From Jimgerdemannia flammicorona (Eukaryota), in contig RBNJ01000300.1 of NCBI GenBank assembly GCA_003990765.1, forward strand, positions 1 to 33,791: a stretch of DNA of 33,791 nt, in the 5' to 3' direction. Position numbers and translations under genes: made by a program. Below, one piece after another: positions 12,945 to 24,940 of this stretch (position 1 is the first letter of the stretch; the number at the start of each line of letters is the position of its first letter). The notes below the pieces were generated by a model. That model saw nothing but the letters and a program-made list of their open reading frames with translations. It did no database searches and was not told the origin of the DNA.

Positions 12945-13845
12945 TAATTTAATATAGTCTCAACAATAAGAGAAACTAATTACAGTAAATGAGAGAAAAG
13001 AATCAGATAAAGAAATTTATAATTAGTCAATCTCTTAAGTATCTTTGTAATTTAGTCAGATAGAAGCTAACTATGAGATAGATAATAGAATTATTTATAA
13101 TATTAATAGTATAGTAGGTAGACTTATAAAAATATAAAGAGAGTAAGTATAAAGCTCTTTCTGCTATTTATTATCAGTAAACTAGTTTAATTGCTTACAA
13201 CTGAAATTATCTTAAAAACTCAAAATTAAATTTCAAAAAGACTATATTGTAAAAATAGATATAGTAAAACTAATCTCTATATGAGCAGATATAAAGCTTA
13301 CCAAATAGCTATAATACTAGATAAGTATAGATCTCATAAACTAGAGAAAAAAGAAGAGAAAATAATTAGCTCTCTATAATTATAAGTAGCTATAAGATAT
13401 AATATACTGAATATGTATTTAGAAAGAAGAGATCTATTCCTACAATAGCTGATCCAGAAAAAATATCATAAGAAAGTAGTATAGTAGATATAACTTATAT
13501 ATTTAAGATAAAGATCTCAATATTATTAAGTTAAGAGAGTTAAGTCTAAAACTGATCAATAATGAAACTCAGAGAATATATAATAAAACAGTACTAAAAG
13601 AACTAATAGAATTGTTGTTTAACTTACAATACTAGTCCAGATAGACTTTAAATATATAGTAGAGATCAGATATATAATGAAAGAAAAAGAAAGGCTAAGA
13701 ATTGAGCTACTAAACATAGATCTACTAGGGAATCTAATAGGCCAGACTATAGTTTTATTAAATACTAACTCAGATTACTTTAATATCTAAAGCTCTATAA
13801 TAGTAGTAAGACAGAAAGTCTAAAAAAATAGAAAACTATATTTTA
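12945..13845 (+). repeat. AT-rich relic, copy 1 of a diverged ~1 kb duplication (possibly a non-LTR RT remnant)
   Basis: Colinear with 15705-16720; for example 13776-13810 vs 16656-16690 match at 34/35 nt. Boundaries are approximate. Confidence 0.8.
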
Positions 13846-14346
13846 ACAAAATATAAATATAAGTTAAATATCTTTTCTATCTAACTATATTCTATAATAT
13901 AAAATTAATAAAATCAAATTTGTATTAGTATAAAATATAATCTAATATATATATAAGAGTAGATCTATAAGTATAACTTATCTTCAATTAGTATAGATAG
14001 TTAGTAGAGTTAATATAACTATATTTCTTAAAATTGAGCTCCATACTATTAATATTAGAGAAAAGACCAGAGTCAGAATTAGGGTTAGAGTTAACTTTAA
14101 GTTATAATTTATTTATTAGAAATAACAATATATATTAGTATAATAGATGATATAACTAATAAAGAGAAGAAAGGTAAAAAATAATTAAGGAAGTAAATAA
14201 CTAGCTAAGAAAAAATAAAATAATAATTAGTAAAAAGACTATCTTAAAAAAAAAACCCAAATAAATTATTTTATTATATTATAAAGGAAATAGAGATATA
14301 AGCAAAAATAAAAAAAAAACTATATAGAATATATATATATATATAT

Positions 14347-15641
14347 TGTAACAAACCAAGACAAACTACTCAAATCATATCTTAGCTAGATAATATGAAC
14401 AATTAGCCAGATGATGTGAACATACAGTTAGTAACCAGCAATCATTGCTGCAGAAACTATATAATTAGCTAAATATACCAGATAGGGTCTGTTTACCTAT
14501 ACAGACTCTGTATACCATACAGACTCTATATAATGTATAAGTCCTATATATCATACAGACTCTATACACCTGCCATAAGTAGCAGATCTATAGTTAGTTA
14601 TATAGTAACCAGATAGCAACCATAATGTATAAATTACCCCAGAGACAAGAGTGAATAAACCTCAGTCTGAAATTGAAGCAAAAGACAAGTCTGCCTACCA
14701 CACTTTGAGAGGAACTCTATAGCCACTACTAGGAGATTGTGAGCTTATTTCCTCACTCTAGTTCACTTTCTGATATAAAGCTTGAAGAGTTTGCTACCTA
14801 AGTTCAAGGAAGAACTTTGCTACCTTTTGAAGAGAAATCTACCACTTAAGGAATAACCTGCACTATTGGTTTGCTTGCCAGATAAGCCTGAAGTTTGTCA
14901 CCCAAGTTTAAGAAAGAACTTCACCACTGTTTCTAAGTTATCTACATACCATATTCCCAGTTGAAGCCACTGATTCAGAAGAATCTATGCCATAGTATTC
15001 CCAGTTGAAACCTACCAATTCAGGAAGAATCCACACCATCTGAGTTATTTCCCAGAAGCCCACCAATTCTGGAGAATTCACATCATCTGCCATTTTCAAG
15101 TTATCCACATTCCCAGAAAACCTCACCAAACCTGTGACATCTGAACTGTTTATTCCCCAGTGAGCCTGATTCAAAGAACCTGCAACTAGTATAATTCCCA
15201 GTAAGAAGAACCCATGCCATCCTCTATTCCCAGTGAGCTGAATCAAGTTATCTGTCAGAAATTACATACTTTTGGAAATCATCATACTATATGGAGATCG
15301 TTATACAGAGATCACCACCCCTCAAGAAGGAGAACTACTAAATTGCTAGACTGTCACACACAGAGATCATTGTACTATACAAATTGTGGTATTCCCAATT
15401 GACCCAAGAAGGAAACCCATTCACACACAAATTACTATTATATCCAGAGAACCATCCCAATAAGGAAATTGCCAGAATCACTTGCAAATATCCAGCTTTT
15501 GACTATTATACTACTAAACACTAAGGACCTCAGGAATCATAGAACATTTTGTTGCTTTTTAACAAAGTAACTGGGGGCTTAAGCCAAATTACATCAACCC
15601 CCAATCTTGTAATTTGCCTCTATTGAGGCAGGCATATTACA
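14347..15641. mobile_element. Probable solo LTR (~1295 bp)
   Basis: Begins TGTAAC and ends ATTACA (5-bp inverted TGTAA/TTACA), flanked by ATAT on both sides (low complexity). It is distinctly more GC-rich than its flanks, has internal short repeats and no recognisable coding region. Confidence 0.65.
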
Positions 15642-15704
15642 ATATCAACTATAAGAAAATATATCAATAACTAAATACTAACTAACTAATATAAAATAAA
15701 TAAG

Positions 15705-16720
15705 TTAATATATATAATCTCAATAATAACAAAACTAATCAGAATATATGAGAGAAAAGAAAAATATAAAAAAAAAAATATAATTACTTAATCACTTAAC
15801 TATTTCATAATTTTAATTAGACAAAACCTATTAAAGATAACTATAAAATTATAATTATATAGTATTTATAATATAGTAGACTATTTTATAAAGAATATAA
15901 AGAGAATAAATATAAAGTTCTCTCTACTATCTAATATTAGTAAATTAGTCTAATTGCTCATATAGAATTACCTAAAGATAGAATATAAAATATTAAGAAA
16001 ACTATACTTACATATAAAGATATATAACTATAGTAGAACTAATCTCTAAAAGGACAGAGATGAGATTGGTCAAAGTAACTATAATATTAGATAAGTATAA
16101 AGTATATAAGCCAGAAGAGAAAGATAAGAATATAATTAATCTTATATAACTTAAAAAGATATAAGATATTATATACTGAATAACCCTTAGACTATAATGT
16201 AGACAAATTTACTAACAAAAATATAATTTTTATTAAAAAAAAAAAAAAAAATTACTAAAAAATATATAATCTATCAGATAAATACTTAAGAAAAAGAGAT
16301 TTATTCTTATAATAGCTAATTCTAAAAAAATGACTAGAGAAAGGAATAGAGTAGATATAATTTATATACTAGAGAATAGAGATCTCAGTACTAGTCAAAA
16401 CATTAAGTTAAGAAGTCTAAGAATTGAACTAGTTTATAATAAAATTAGAAATTATATAATAAAGTAAGTATTGAGAGAGCTAATAGGATTATTGCTCAAC
16501 TTGTTACACTAGTCTAATGAGCTTAGATTATAAAGTAGAGATTAGATATATATATAATAAAGAAGGAGAAAAGACTGAGAATTGAAATATCAAGTATAGA
16601 TTTATTAGAGAATCTAATAGTCTATACTATAGTTTTATCAAGGAGTAACTTGAGATACTTTAATATCTAAAGTTCTATAATAGTAGTAAGATAGGATACT
16701 TGAAGAAGAGAAAGACCATA
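15705..16720 (+). repeat. AT-rich relic, copy 2 of the duplication, with ~100 extra bp at ~16180-16280
   Basis: Colinear with 12945-13845. Confidence 0.8.
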
Positions 16721-16799
16721 CTCTACTTGAGGTCTAATGAAGATATAAATAATGATCAGCTTGACTAGTAGTAATCAGAGAGGATCTCATATATAGTAG

Positions 16800-17750
16800 A
16801 AGTTGATAGTCTATATTGAGATAATAACTCAATATATTAATATGTAATTAGTGATTTCATTAGTCTAATATCATCCATCAGTAATTCATGAAATATACAT
16901 CCTATGCAAACTCAATAAAATTACCCCTCTTTCCAACAAAGGTTATGAGTCTTACTAGCATTAAGCAGCTATTGCATATACATATATCTTATAAATATAT
17001 ACTATACAATCATATATACTAGAAATATTAAGTAATGAACAACTTAGCAATATAGATATCTATGATATGATCCTTGGTACCAACTGGATGAAGGAAATAA
17101 ATACAGTTGTTGATATTAGTCAACAAGTACTCAAGTTTGATTATTAAGGCAAGAAGTACAAAGTTAAGATAACCAGCTATGAGCAATTGAAGAAGAAGAA
17201 GAAGGTCACTATCTAGGAAGAATATGTTAGTAGTAAAGAATCTATTACAGAAGAGGAGGAAAAATCCAAAGATGGAAATGATCCCAGACTCAATCTCTGA
17301 ATCAATCTGATAGATAACAGACCAGAAGACAATATGTGGGCCAAGAATACTATCCCCATTATTATTAGAGCTATTGCAGGAGAAATCAAAGGAGGCCCTA
17401 TCTGTCTCAAGAGACACAAGTGCCCCAAGCACTTCTCCAAGATTATTGAGATGAGGAATTCATCTAGTACAGCCTGCCCAAATTGTAGAAAGAAAAAGAA
17501 GAAGAAATGCAGACATGTTCTAGAAATAACTGCAGCTGAAGCTGCAGAAGTACAAGTAATTTGGAGTTAAGAATCATCTGAGAAAAAAGAAACCCCAGAA
17601 CAGAAGGTTTCTGAAACGGAAGCATCTGAAGAAGAAGAGATCCCTGAACTCATTCCCTGTAATAATCCTTGCTAGATACTATTTGAAGATAATGACCCTT
17701 GGAATATAGAAGAAGAACCTAGCACAATCTCCATTATTCCTAAGAAATAG
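16800..17750 (+). pseudogene. Ty3/Gypsy-type retropepsin (aspartic protease) relic followed by a Cys/His-rich and acidic region
   Basis: The frame starting at 17061 reads YDMILGTNWMKEINTVVDISQQVLKFDY (DxILGxDW-type motif). GAT AAT AAC TCA at 16820-16831 back-mutates by A>G to DSGS, ~80 codons upstream in a different frame. The frame continues through isolated stops to 17750. Confidence 0.65.
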
Positions 17751-17900
17751 TGCTCCAAACAAATGGAGTTAATCCGGATGAGATTTGATTCAAGTTCATT
17801 ATGTGATAGATTCGAATCAACTTGGATTGGTCTCATGATCTAATTCAGATTGATCCAGATTGATCTGGATTGATCCATCTGAATTGATCTATCCAGATTG
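17748..17900 (+). mobile_element. Putative DNA transposon terminus (hAT-like TAGTG start) with subterminal 10-bp repeats
   Basis: TAGTGCTCCAAAC at 17748 coincides with the end of the protease frame. It is followed by TGATCCGGAT-type repeats (intact TCCGGA at 17773-17778, decayed TCCAGA/TCTGGA at ~17845-17900). No partner TIR was found in the window. Confidence 0.45.
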
Positions 17901-18630
17901 AAATCTTTAGTAATATCACCCTTTCTTTTATTTATTTCACTCTTGTTTTTTTTTTTCCTGCCACATTTTGGTGACATCACACTTTCCTTTGTTCCCTCTC
18001 TTTTCTTTGTTCTTTTTCTTTATCCTTTCCTACCACATCACAAGCAAACAAAACAGCAGCCCTTAATTCATACATTGGTCCAGTCTACTCATTTTTCACC
18101 CTGCAATGATCATTAAAAGAGAGAGTATTCGAGGTGGAAACATACTCTCTGCTGACAATGTTAAATTCTTTCTCATATAGACAGCACACAAGCTACTCAG
18201 TGAGAGCCAAAGGGATGAAAGCAGTGGAAATGGCAATGGCGATGGCAACAGCAATGGCAGGGATGAGGGTGAATTCTAGCAACAACTCATGGTGGCCCTT
18301 TGGATCTCAGAATTCACAGACCTCATAGCTATGTATATAGCAACCTTTTTGGAGCAGCCAGTAGTAGATGTAGGTTGCTCTTTTCTGCTGCTACTTTTTA
18401 CTTGCTTAAATTCCCCTAGCATGACCTGATTCACCTCATGCTCTTCTTAGAGTCCACAACTCTACAGCAAGATCTGCTGACTTTATTTGCAATATCCAGT
18501 CAAGATGATGAAAGGTTGGAGGATGTTGCGGGGTATGCCTTTGGTGGCTGAGCTGTTGAGTCAATACATCACATGGTGGAGGTCTAAAAAGGAACAGAAG
18601 CAAGCCTTCATGAGCAATCTTGTACAACTT

Positions 18631-18850
18631 ATGCAACTCATCAGCATGCAACTCATCAGTATGCAGCTCACTCACTCACTCACTCATGCTATTTTTCTGA
18701 AATACCCATCTCTGTGTTTTATTTAATTTCATTTTTTATGTGGTCTCTCCCTAACAAATATCCACACCTGCATGCAAACCACCCGCATGCAACTCACCTG
18801 TATGTAACCCATCCACATACAACCCATCTGCACACAACCTGTCTGTACAC
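18631..18850 (+). repeat. 15-bp minisatellites, probably intronic
   Basis: ATGCAACTCATCAGC x~3 plus (CTCA)n at 18631-18686. CACCTGCATGCAACC-type x~5.7 at 18765-18850; units differ mostly by C/T and G/A. Confidence 0.85.
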
Positions 18851-18867
18851 TTATCTTGATCCCTCAG

Positions 18868-19250
18868 ATCAGGGCTCAGTTCTATTGGAAAGGAGAGTTC
18901 AAAGTTACCTGAGTTCAACTATATCCAGTATCTGATCAAATAGAGAAATTCGAGAGCAAGATATTCAGCAAAAACAGTACCACCACCATCATCAAGGCTT
19001 GGGGGTCTTTATTTGAATCAGAGTCAATCATTCTCAACCAAGGGGTCCATTGGCCAGCAGGAGTAACCAATGATGAAGAGAACCATATCTTTATTGACAA
19101 ACATGGAGAGGTGGTTGTGATGGTGGTAAGAAACCTCTATAGTGATGAGCTTCACCACTTCATCAACAAGATTTGCAAGGATTGCATCAAATACCAGATA
19201 GCAGAAAAGAGGGGGCGAAAAAAGCAAGGAGGGGGGGTTTGGATGGGAAT
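18868..19250 (+). pseudogene. TET/JBP-like 2OG-Fe(II) dioxygenase pseudogene, 5' segment, interrupted by element D; further upstream exons from ~18100 are possible
   Basis: After a CAG acceptor at 18865-18867 one frame with a single TGA reads IRAQFYWKG..NHIFIDKHGEVVVMVVRNLY..GGGVWMGI. It continues in frame as GYTAS at 25048, across the TSD. Confidence 0.65.
19235..19250 (+). repeat. Target-site duplication of element D (GGGTTTGGATGGGAAT), left copy
   Basis: Identical 16-mer at 25031-25046, directly after the poly(A). Confidence 0.96.
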
Positions 19251-19335
19251 CATCATCTTTCACTGGTACCATTTGGGTGATACAAGACTCAGACAATACT
19301 TTTTACTACATTTTTGGTATCTGAAAACTATTGAC

Positions 19336-21248
19336 ATAGATGACAATGATCGAACTGGTGAGTGTACTGGCCAGGGGGGAGATTGCACCTTTGGCTGGCA
19401 GCAGGTTGGAAGGAGGGGAGATGGTTTGGGGATACCAGGGGCCTTGATGGCTAGCCGAGGTCCTGGTGGTGGAGGGAGGGGTGGTCTGAGGCAGAGAGGA
19501 GGGGAGAGGTCAACCTTTGCTGACAAGGTCAGAAAGGGGAAGATGGCCTCAGATCTAGATGGTTGGCTGGGCCTGGGGAAGGCATCGACAGCTGCTGCTG
19601 GGGGACTGGGAGGTGCACCCAGGGGAGTCACTGAGGGTGGGGGAGGAGCAGAAGTAGGGGCTGGAGATGTGACTGGTGATGGGGCTGTGACTGGGGATCT
19701 GGCAAAAAATCCAGATATGACAGCAGTTGATAATTCAGGACAGGGAGTGGGCACAAGGCCTGGGGACCTGGCAGATGAGGTTGCGGGCATGGTGTCAGCC
19801 CCATTACTCAAGAAATTGAGGTCGGAATTTGCAGTTATGATGTATTTCCAGGGTGTGGTAGTAACAGTGAGGATGATTTTGGGGCTGGTGGTGCAGGAGG
19901 CAAAGGGAGCAGCATCAGTGAAGTTTTTGAAGGGGAAGGAAGGGGTTGAGTTGGGGTTTGAGGAGGAAGACACCTTGCTGGTGGCCTTGGAGAAGGGGGT
20001 GATGGTTGGTGGAGTTGTCATCTCTAGGGCCAGATACATATGCTGGAATCCCTGAGTGGTACAGTTGACAGTGCTGGATCTCCCTATGGTGTCAAAGGAG
20101 AGGACTAGAGAGTTGGTTGTAGAGGCAATCAGAGAGTATGGAGAGATTGTGGATGTTAGATTCAAGGTCTGGGAGGGTATAGAGCTTTGGACTAGTGATA
20201 TTGATATCAGGGTGAGGCTGGCTGGGAGGGAAAGTATGGGGAAGTCGAGGGACTGAGCAGTGATGCTGAGGTGGGGACTGGTGGAGTGCAAGATCACAAG
20301 GGTGAAGGGGAACCAGGAGGAGGAGGAAGACCTGTTGGAGGCTCTAGAGGATTTAGAGGTGGTCGCAAGGAGGAGATTGGCATAGAAGGAGTTTGAGGCC
20401 AGGATAGTGGTGGGAGAGGTGGATGGGAAGAGGGTCCGAATAGAGAAGGGGGCCTGGGAGAAGTTGCAGGGGAGGAAAATCCAGAAGGAGCTGCTGGTGA
20501 GGTTGGGTTGGGGTGGGGCCAGTGGAAGCTCAGGGGAGAAGGGTGCAGGATTGCAGGAGAGCACCTGGGCTGAGGGGGGTGAAAGGGCCCAGAGTGGGGC
20601 TTAGCTGGGGGTAGAGGTGGAGAGGGTAGGCAATATGGAGGCAGATGCAGATATGAGTGAAGGTTTGCACCCCAAGTATAGTATCTCAGGTGGAGCTGAG
20701 GGAGAGGAGGAGCTGCTAGATGTGCCGGATGAGGAGTGGGATGAGTCAGTGCAGAGGAGCATGCTGGTGGACCCTGAGGTGGATGGGGTACAAATTGCTC
20801 AGGGTGTGGCGGAGGCAGTGGATGAGGAGAAGTGGATGTGGAAGACCCTAGAAGGGGTAGCGGCTGAAGGGCTGGGGGGTGAGGATTTCAGGGTGATGGA
20901 AGAAAGGCATTGGGAGGAGATCTTATAGAGGGAGGAGGTGCTGAGGAAGATGAGGAATGAGATCCTGGCTGTTCTCTTAGAGTTAGTTGAATATCAAGTT
21001 GATGATCAACAGAGGAGGAACTTAGGAGGATTGTGAGCAACAGGGCACTATTCTTGTAGAACTCAAGGAAGGGACTGGAGAAGTGGCATACAGTCTGCTT
21101 GGATTATCAGTCAGATATGGAGGTAGTGGACAGGGTGGAATTTCAGGAAATCTTGGAGGCACTGGATGCTCAGGCTAATATGGAGGGTGACTTGGAAGCT
21201 GAATAGTACTTGGAACTGGCTGGGGATGAGATGAGTATGGAATTCTAG
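19336..21248 (+). pseudogene. Element D ORF1, disrupted
   Basis: STFADKV, APLLKK, SVKFLKG, VELGF and EEEEDLLEALE motifs. The start is inferred from ATA at 19336 (probable ATG>ATA); TAG at 21246-21248. Confidence 0.85.
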
Positions 21249-21279
21249 GATAGGGTCTCTATTGCAACATTTTTTCAAT

Positions 21280-24200
21280 ATGAACAGTACAACTAAGATA
21301 TTCTTATTGAATATTAATGGGTTATGGGGGGTGGCTAGGAGGAAGTATATATTTGGATGTTTTAAGAGACTGGATGCAGACCTCTTCTTGTTACAGAATG
21401 TTCATTATGAGACAGATGTGGACTTACAGGATTGGACTAAGGAATGGGGGGTGCAGCAGTATGGAGGGAGAGAGTGTGTGTTCTTATTTGGAAAGGGATG
21501 GGGGACATTGAGGATATTGGACATTGGGGGTCTCGGGTGGTATAGGGAGTATGGAAGAGACCTGGATGGGGCTTATTGATGGTTGGGTCTTGCTACTGCC
21601 CAGCTGAGAGAGGGGAGAGGGTGGATTGGATTTACAGATTGAATGAGGCTAGTGTATTGGGGAAAGTTGGGCTGGACTATATGGGGGGTGACTTCAACAT
21701 AGTATGGGATAAGGAGATGGATAGAACAGATGAAGGGAGAGGCATGTGAGGCAAAAGTGGTGGATTGGGTGACTGGTTGGAGACAGAGAGATTGAGTTCT
21801 TTAGTTGACTCAGGAAGACATTTTTGTGCCAATTGGTGGGTGTACACCCACTGGGCAGCAGGGCTGGGCTCCAGGATTGACTGGGTTTTGACAGCAGAGT
21901 GTTGGGGAGCAGATGTCTGGTCGGCACTGGAAGTAGTTTGGTGTCTGTGGTCTGATCACTGGGGGCTGCTTGGAGGTGGGAGGTTTGGGGAAAATGAGGA
22001 TGGGCCTGGACATTGGTGGCTAAATTCTTCCTTATTGGAGGATAGGGAGTTATGGGAGGGTTGGGAAATGGAGGTGGTTGGAAATATTGGTAGGTGGCAG
22101 GAACAAGGCCTTGAGATTGGGGACTGCTGGTAAAGACTGAAGGCAAATGCTCAGGGGTATTTGAGGGAAGCTGGGAAAGAAAAGTGTGTCCAGCAAAGGC
22201 AGAGGGTGCTGTGGGCCTCACAGCATCTGGCAGCACTCATGGAGAGATGGGCAGGTGTGCTGGAAGATGGGGATGTGACTGATTGGCATATTGTGAGAAT
22301 CTGACAGGAGGTGGAGGAGCTTAAAGGAGTGTTACGAAGGGAGGAGGAGGTGAAGTTGCAGGAAATGGTGGCCCAACTGTGGTGGCAGGGGCTTGAGGAG
22401 GGGGAGAGGCTGACTAGGTTTTTGTTGCAGTTGTTACAGGCATTACGAATGAAGCAGCAGTTAGAGGGAGTTCTGGACGTGAATGGCGAGCTGGTGGTGG
22501 GGACTCCGGCTATTCTGGGCCTATTGAGAGCCAGATGGAGGAATCTATGGAGTAAGGAGAAGAGAGGAATAGATGCTCTGACATTGAAAGGCAGCTGGGG
22601 GATTGGCACCCAGACCCTGCAATGGGTCTTGGGGCATTGGGGGACCCAGTGAGTGGTAAGGAAATTCGAAGGGTTGTGGCCATGATGAGTAAGGGGACAG
22701 CCCTGGGAGAGGATGAACTTTCCTGAGATTTTTGGCAGAAGATGACTGAGGTGGGCAAGGTGCTAGTGGAAATGACTACTATGTGTAATGGAGTTCTTCA
22801 GTCTGGTGCTTGGATTGGGGGACAGTACTTAGGGCAAGTCTCCTTGCTCTACAAGAATAAGGGGAGGTGAGAGGACTGGAAGAACTGGCAGCCAATCATG
22901 CTTCTCGATATGGACCGAAAACTGGTGACAAAGATCTTGGTGATGAGGCTGTAAGGAATCACTCAGCAGGTGCTTGGTATGGAGCAGTGTGGGTTTGTCA
23001 GTGGCCAGTTGATTCGAGATGGGACAGCTTGGGTACATGGTGTGATTGAAGGTGCCTGGGTGATAGGAGTGGATGGCAGATTGGTGTTTTTGGACCAAGA
23101 GAAGGCTTATGATAGAGTGTGGAGGATATGGCTGGAGGGAGTGCTGAGATGGATTGGTATCCCCCCAGGGTTCCAAGGATCATTGATCAGCCTCTTGGAG
23201 GACAGTCAGATGACATTAGTCATCAATGGCCACAGGGGGGTGACCTTTCCCCTGGGATGTAGGGTACTGTAAGAGGACCCCTTGTTGCCCATATTGTATG
23301 CCCTTTCCCTGGAGCCTCTACTGGACATAATTCAATATCAGATTGGGGGTTTGGATATTTTAGGGATTAATTGGAAGGTTGGGGCCTTTGATGATGATAT
23401 GGTGGTCGAGCTGCGCTCCTTGGTAGATGTGGGGGAGTTACAGAGATCTGTGGAATGGTATGAGAGGGGTTCTGGTGCTAAACTAAACTGGCACAAATGT
23501 ATGACTCTGGTGCTGGGTGCTGGAATTGTTGGTGGCGATATCATTGGGACAGTGGTACTGGTTGGGGAACCAGTGCATTATTTGGGGATCTACTTCTCGG
23601 TGGTTGGATCTCTTCTTCCCTGGGTATGGTGGGACCAAAAACTTCTGGAGTGGGGAAATGTTCTGCTGTAATGGTGAGGTTGGCATATGTCACTAGCCAG
23701 AAGGGTGATGGTGCTGAATGTGTATTGGATGCCAAAGCTGTTGTATGTGGGATATCATTTGGATTTCTCAACCTGGGTGGTCAAGGGGCTGTTGAAGATA
23801 GTGAGGTCATGGATCTGGGGAGGGTGGCAGAGCCAGGTGGATTGGGAGGTACTCACACTGCCCTTGGAAAGAGGTGGGCTGGGCTTAGTGGACTTTACTA
23901 AGCAGCTTCAATGTTGGAGAGCTTGGTGGTTGTGAAGAGTGAGTGAGCTTAGGGGTTGGGAGTGGATGCCACTTATGCAGAGGTTGTGGGAGGTTCAGTA
24001 CTCCCCATGTGGTGGCTTGGATGACCTGCTTGCGATGGTGGCCATGGATGGGAGCAGGAGGATGTGGTTTACAGACTTCTGGTAGGGGGTGGTGGATGGC
24101 ACTAAGAAAATTGGACTTCGGTGGTGAGGTGATGAAGCCGAGGAGGATTGGGGACTGCAGATGTAGCAGTGGGACAGGCTTCTACTGGGTGGTGTTCTGA

Positions 24201-24940
24201 TGGAGAACTTTCAGCTTGGTGAGGGTTTGGAGTATCTGTGTGGCCTAGGTGGAGACCTGTGGCCTGAAGCCTGGCAGAGGGTTGGAATTGGTGAGGAGTG
24301 GGACTGGAATGGACTCTGGCTTTGGAGCAAATGGGTGAGGCAGTGGCTGCCCCCCAAGTTCTGGGTGGTGTGGTGGCATATCCTACAGTGGAATGTGATG
24401 TTGAACTATCGGTCTGAGCACTTGGTGGATAGTGGAGTGTTCAAGTGTGAGGATTGTTTCAGCATTGGTCAGGAGGGAGGCATAGTACAAACACCTGAAC
24501 ATTGGCTTAGCAAGTGCAAAGTTTTGGAGGAGTTTTGGAGATATATTATGGACTAGGTAGGGCTGGGTGCCTTGGAGGGAGAGGAAGGGGGGAGATGGAG
24601 AGAGCTCTGCCAGCAACTGGTGGGTGGGGTTGGGGATGAATGGCTGACCCTTGGTTGGGCTTTGGCCATGTGGGTTGGGTTAGCTGGACATTGGGTTCAT
24701 ATCTTTGAGAAGGGGCAGCAAGTTGGGATTGGGGACAAGGTGGCATGTTGGGAATAGTTGCTATTGGACATTTTGAATAGTTGGTGGCAAGGTTGGGGGC
24801 TGGGCGGGGGGTACCGCAGGGGTTTGGTGTGGTGTATCTCCCGGAAGAGTGGTGGGAGGATTCAGGTAGTGGGTAACTGGGTGGTGCTCAGGCAGGGGAA
24901 GGTCGAGGGGGGAGGGTTGGCTCCACAGGGCATTGGTTGA
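21280..24940 (+). pseudogene. Element D ORF2: APE, RT and CCHC finger, many premature stops
   Basis: MNSTTKIF.., GGDFN, SRIDW, SDHW, FLDQEKAYD, GAFDDD, HYLG, GGLGL and CEDC..HWLSKC. Confidence 0.93.

Larger units (their letters stand above)
11609..17050. other. Extremely AT- and TpA-rich relic zone consistent with RIP-like or methylation-driven C>T/G>A erosion of old repeats
   Basis: Abrupt compositional switch at ~11.55 kb, almost no ORFs, CpG essentially absent, abundant TA. Homologous relic copies inside differ largely by transitions. Confidence 0.75.

Noticed and set aside
11609..17000. Organellar insertion (NUMT) or centromere call for the AT-rich zone
   Set aside because: No organellar gene or tRNA is recognisable and transposon relics explain part of it; centromere status cannot be judged from sequence alone.
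18100..18625. Exact upstream exons of the dioxygenase-like gene
   Set aside because: Coding-like stretches and intron-like signals exist, but I could not fix consistent splice phases, so they are not annotated.
19111..20055. 314-aa ORF as a real gene
   Set aside because: It is a chimera of the dioxygenase-like exon, the element D 5' UTR and D ORF1, joined at the TSD.
19260..20564. 434-aa minus-strand ORF and the many other Pro/Ser/Thr-rich ORFs
   Set aside because: These are antisense shadows of G-rich LINE ORFs; the C-rich strand has few stops and shows no motifs.
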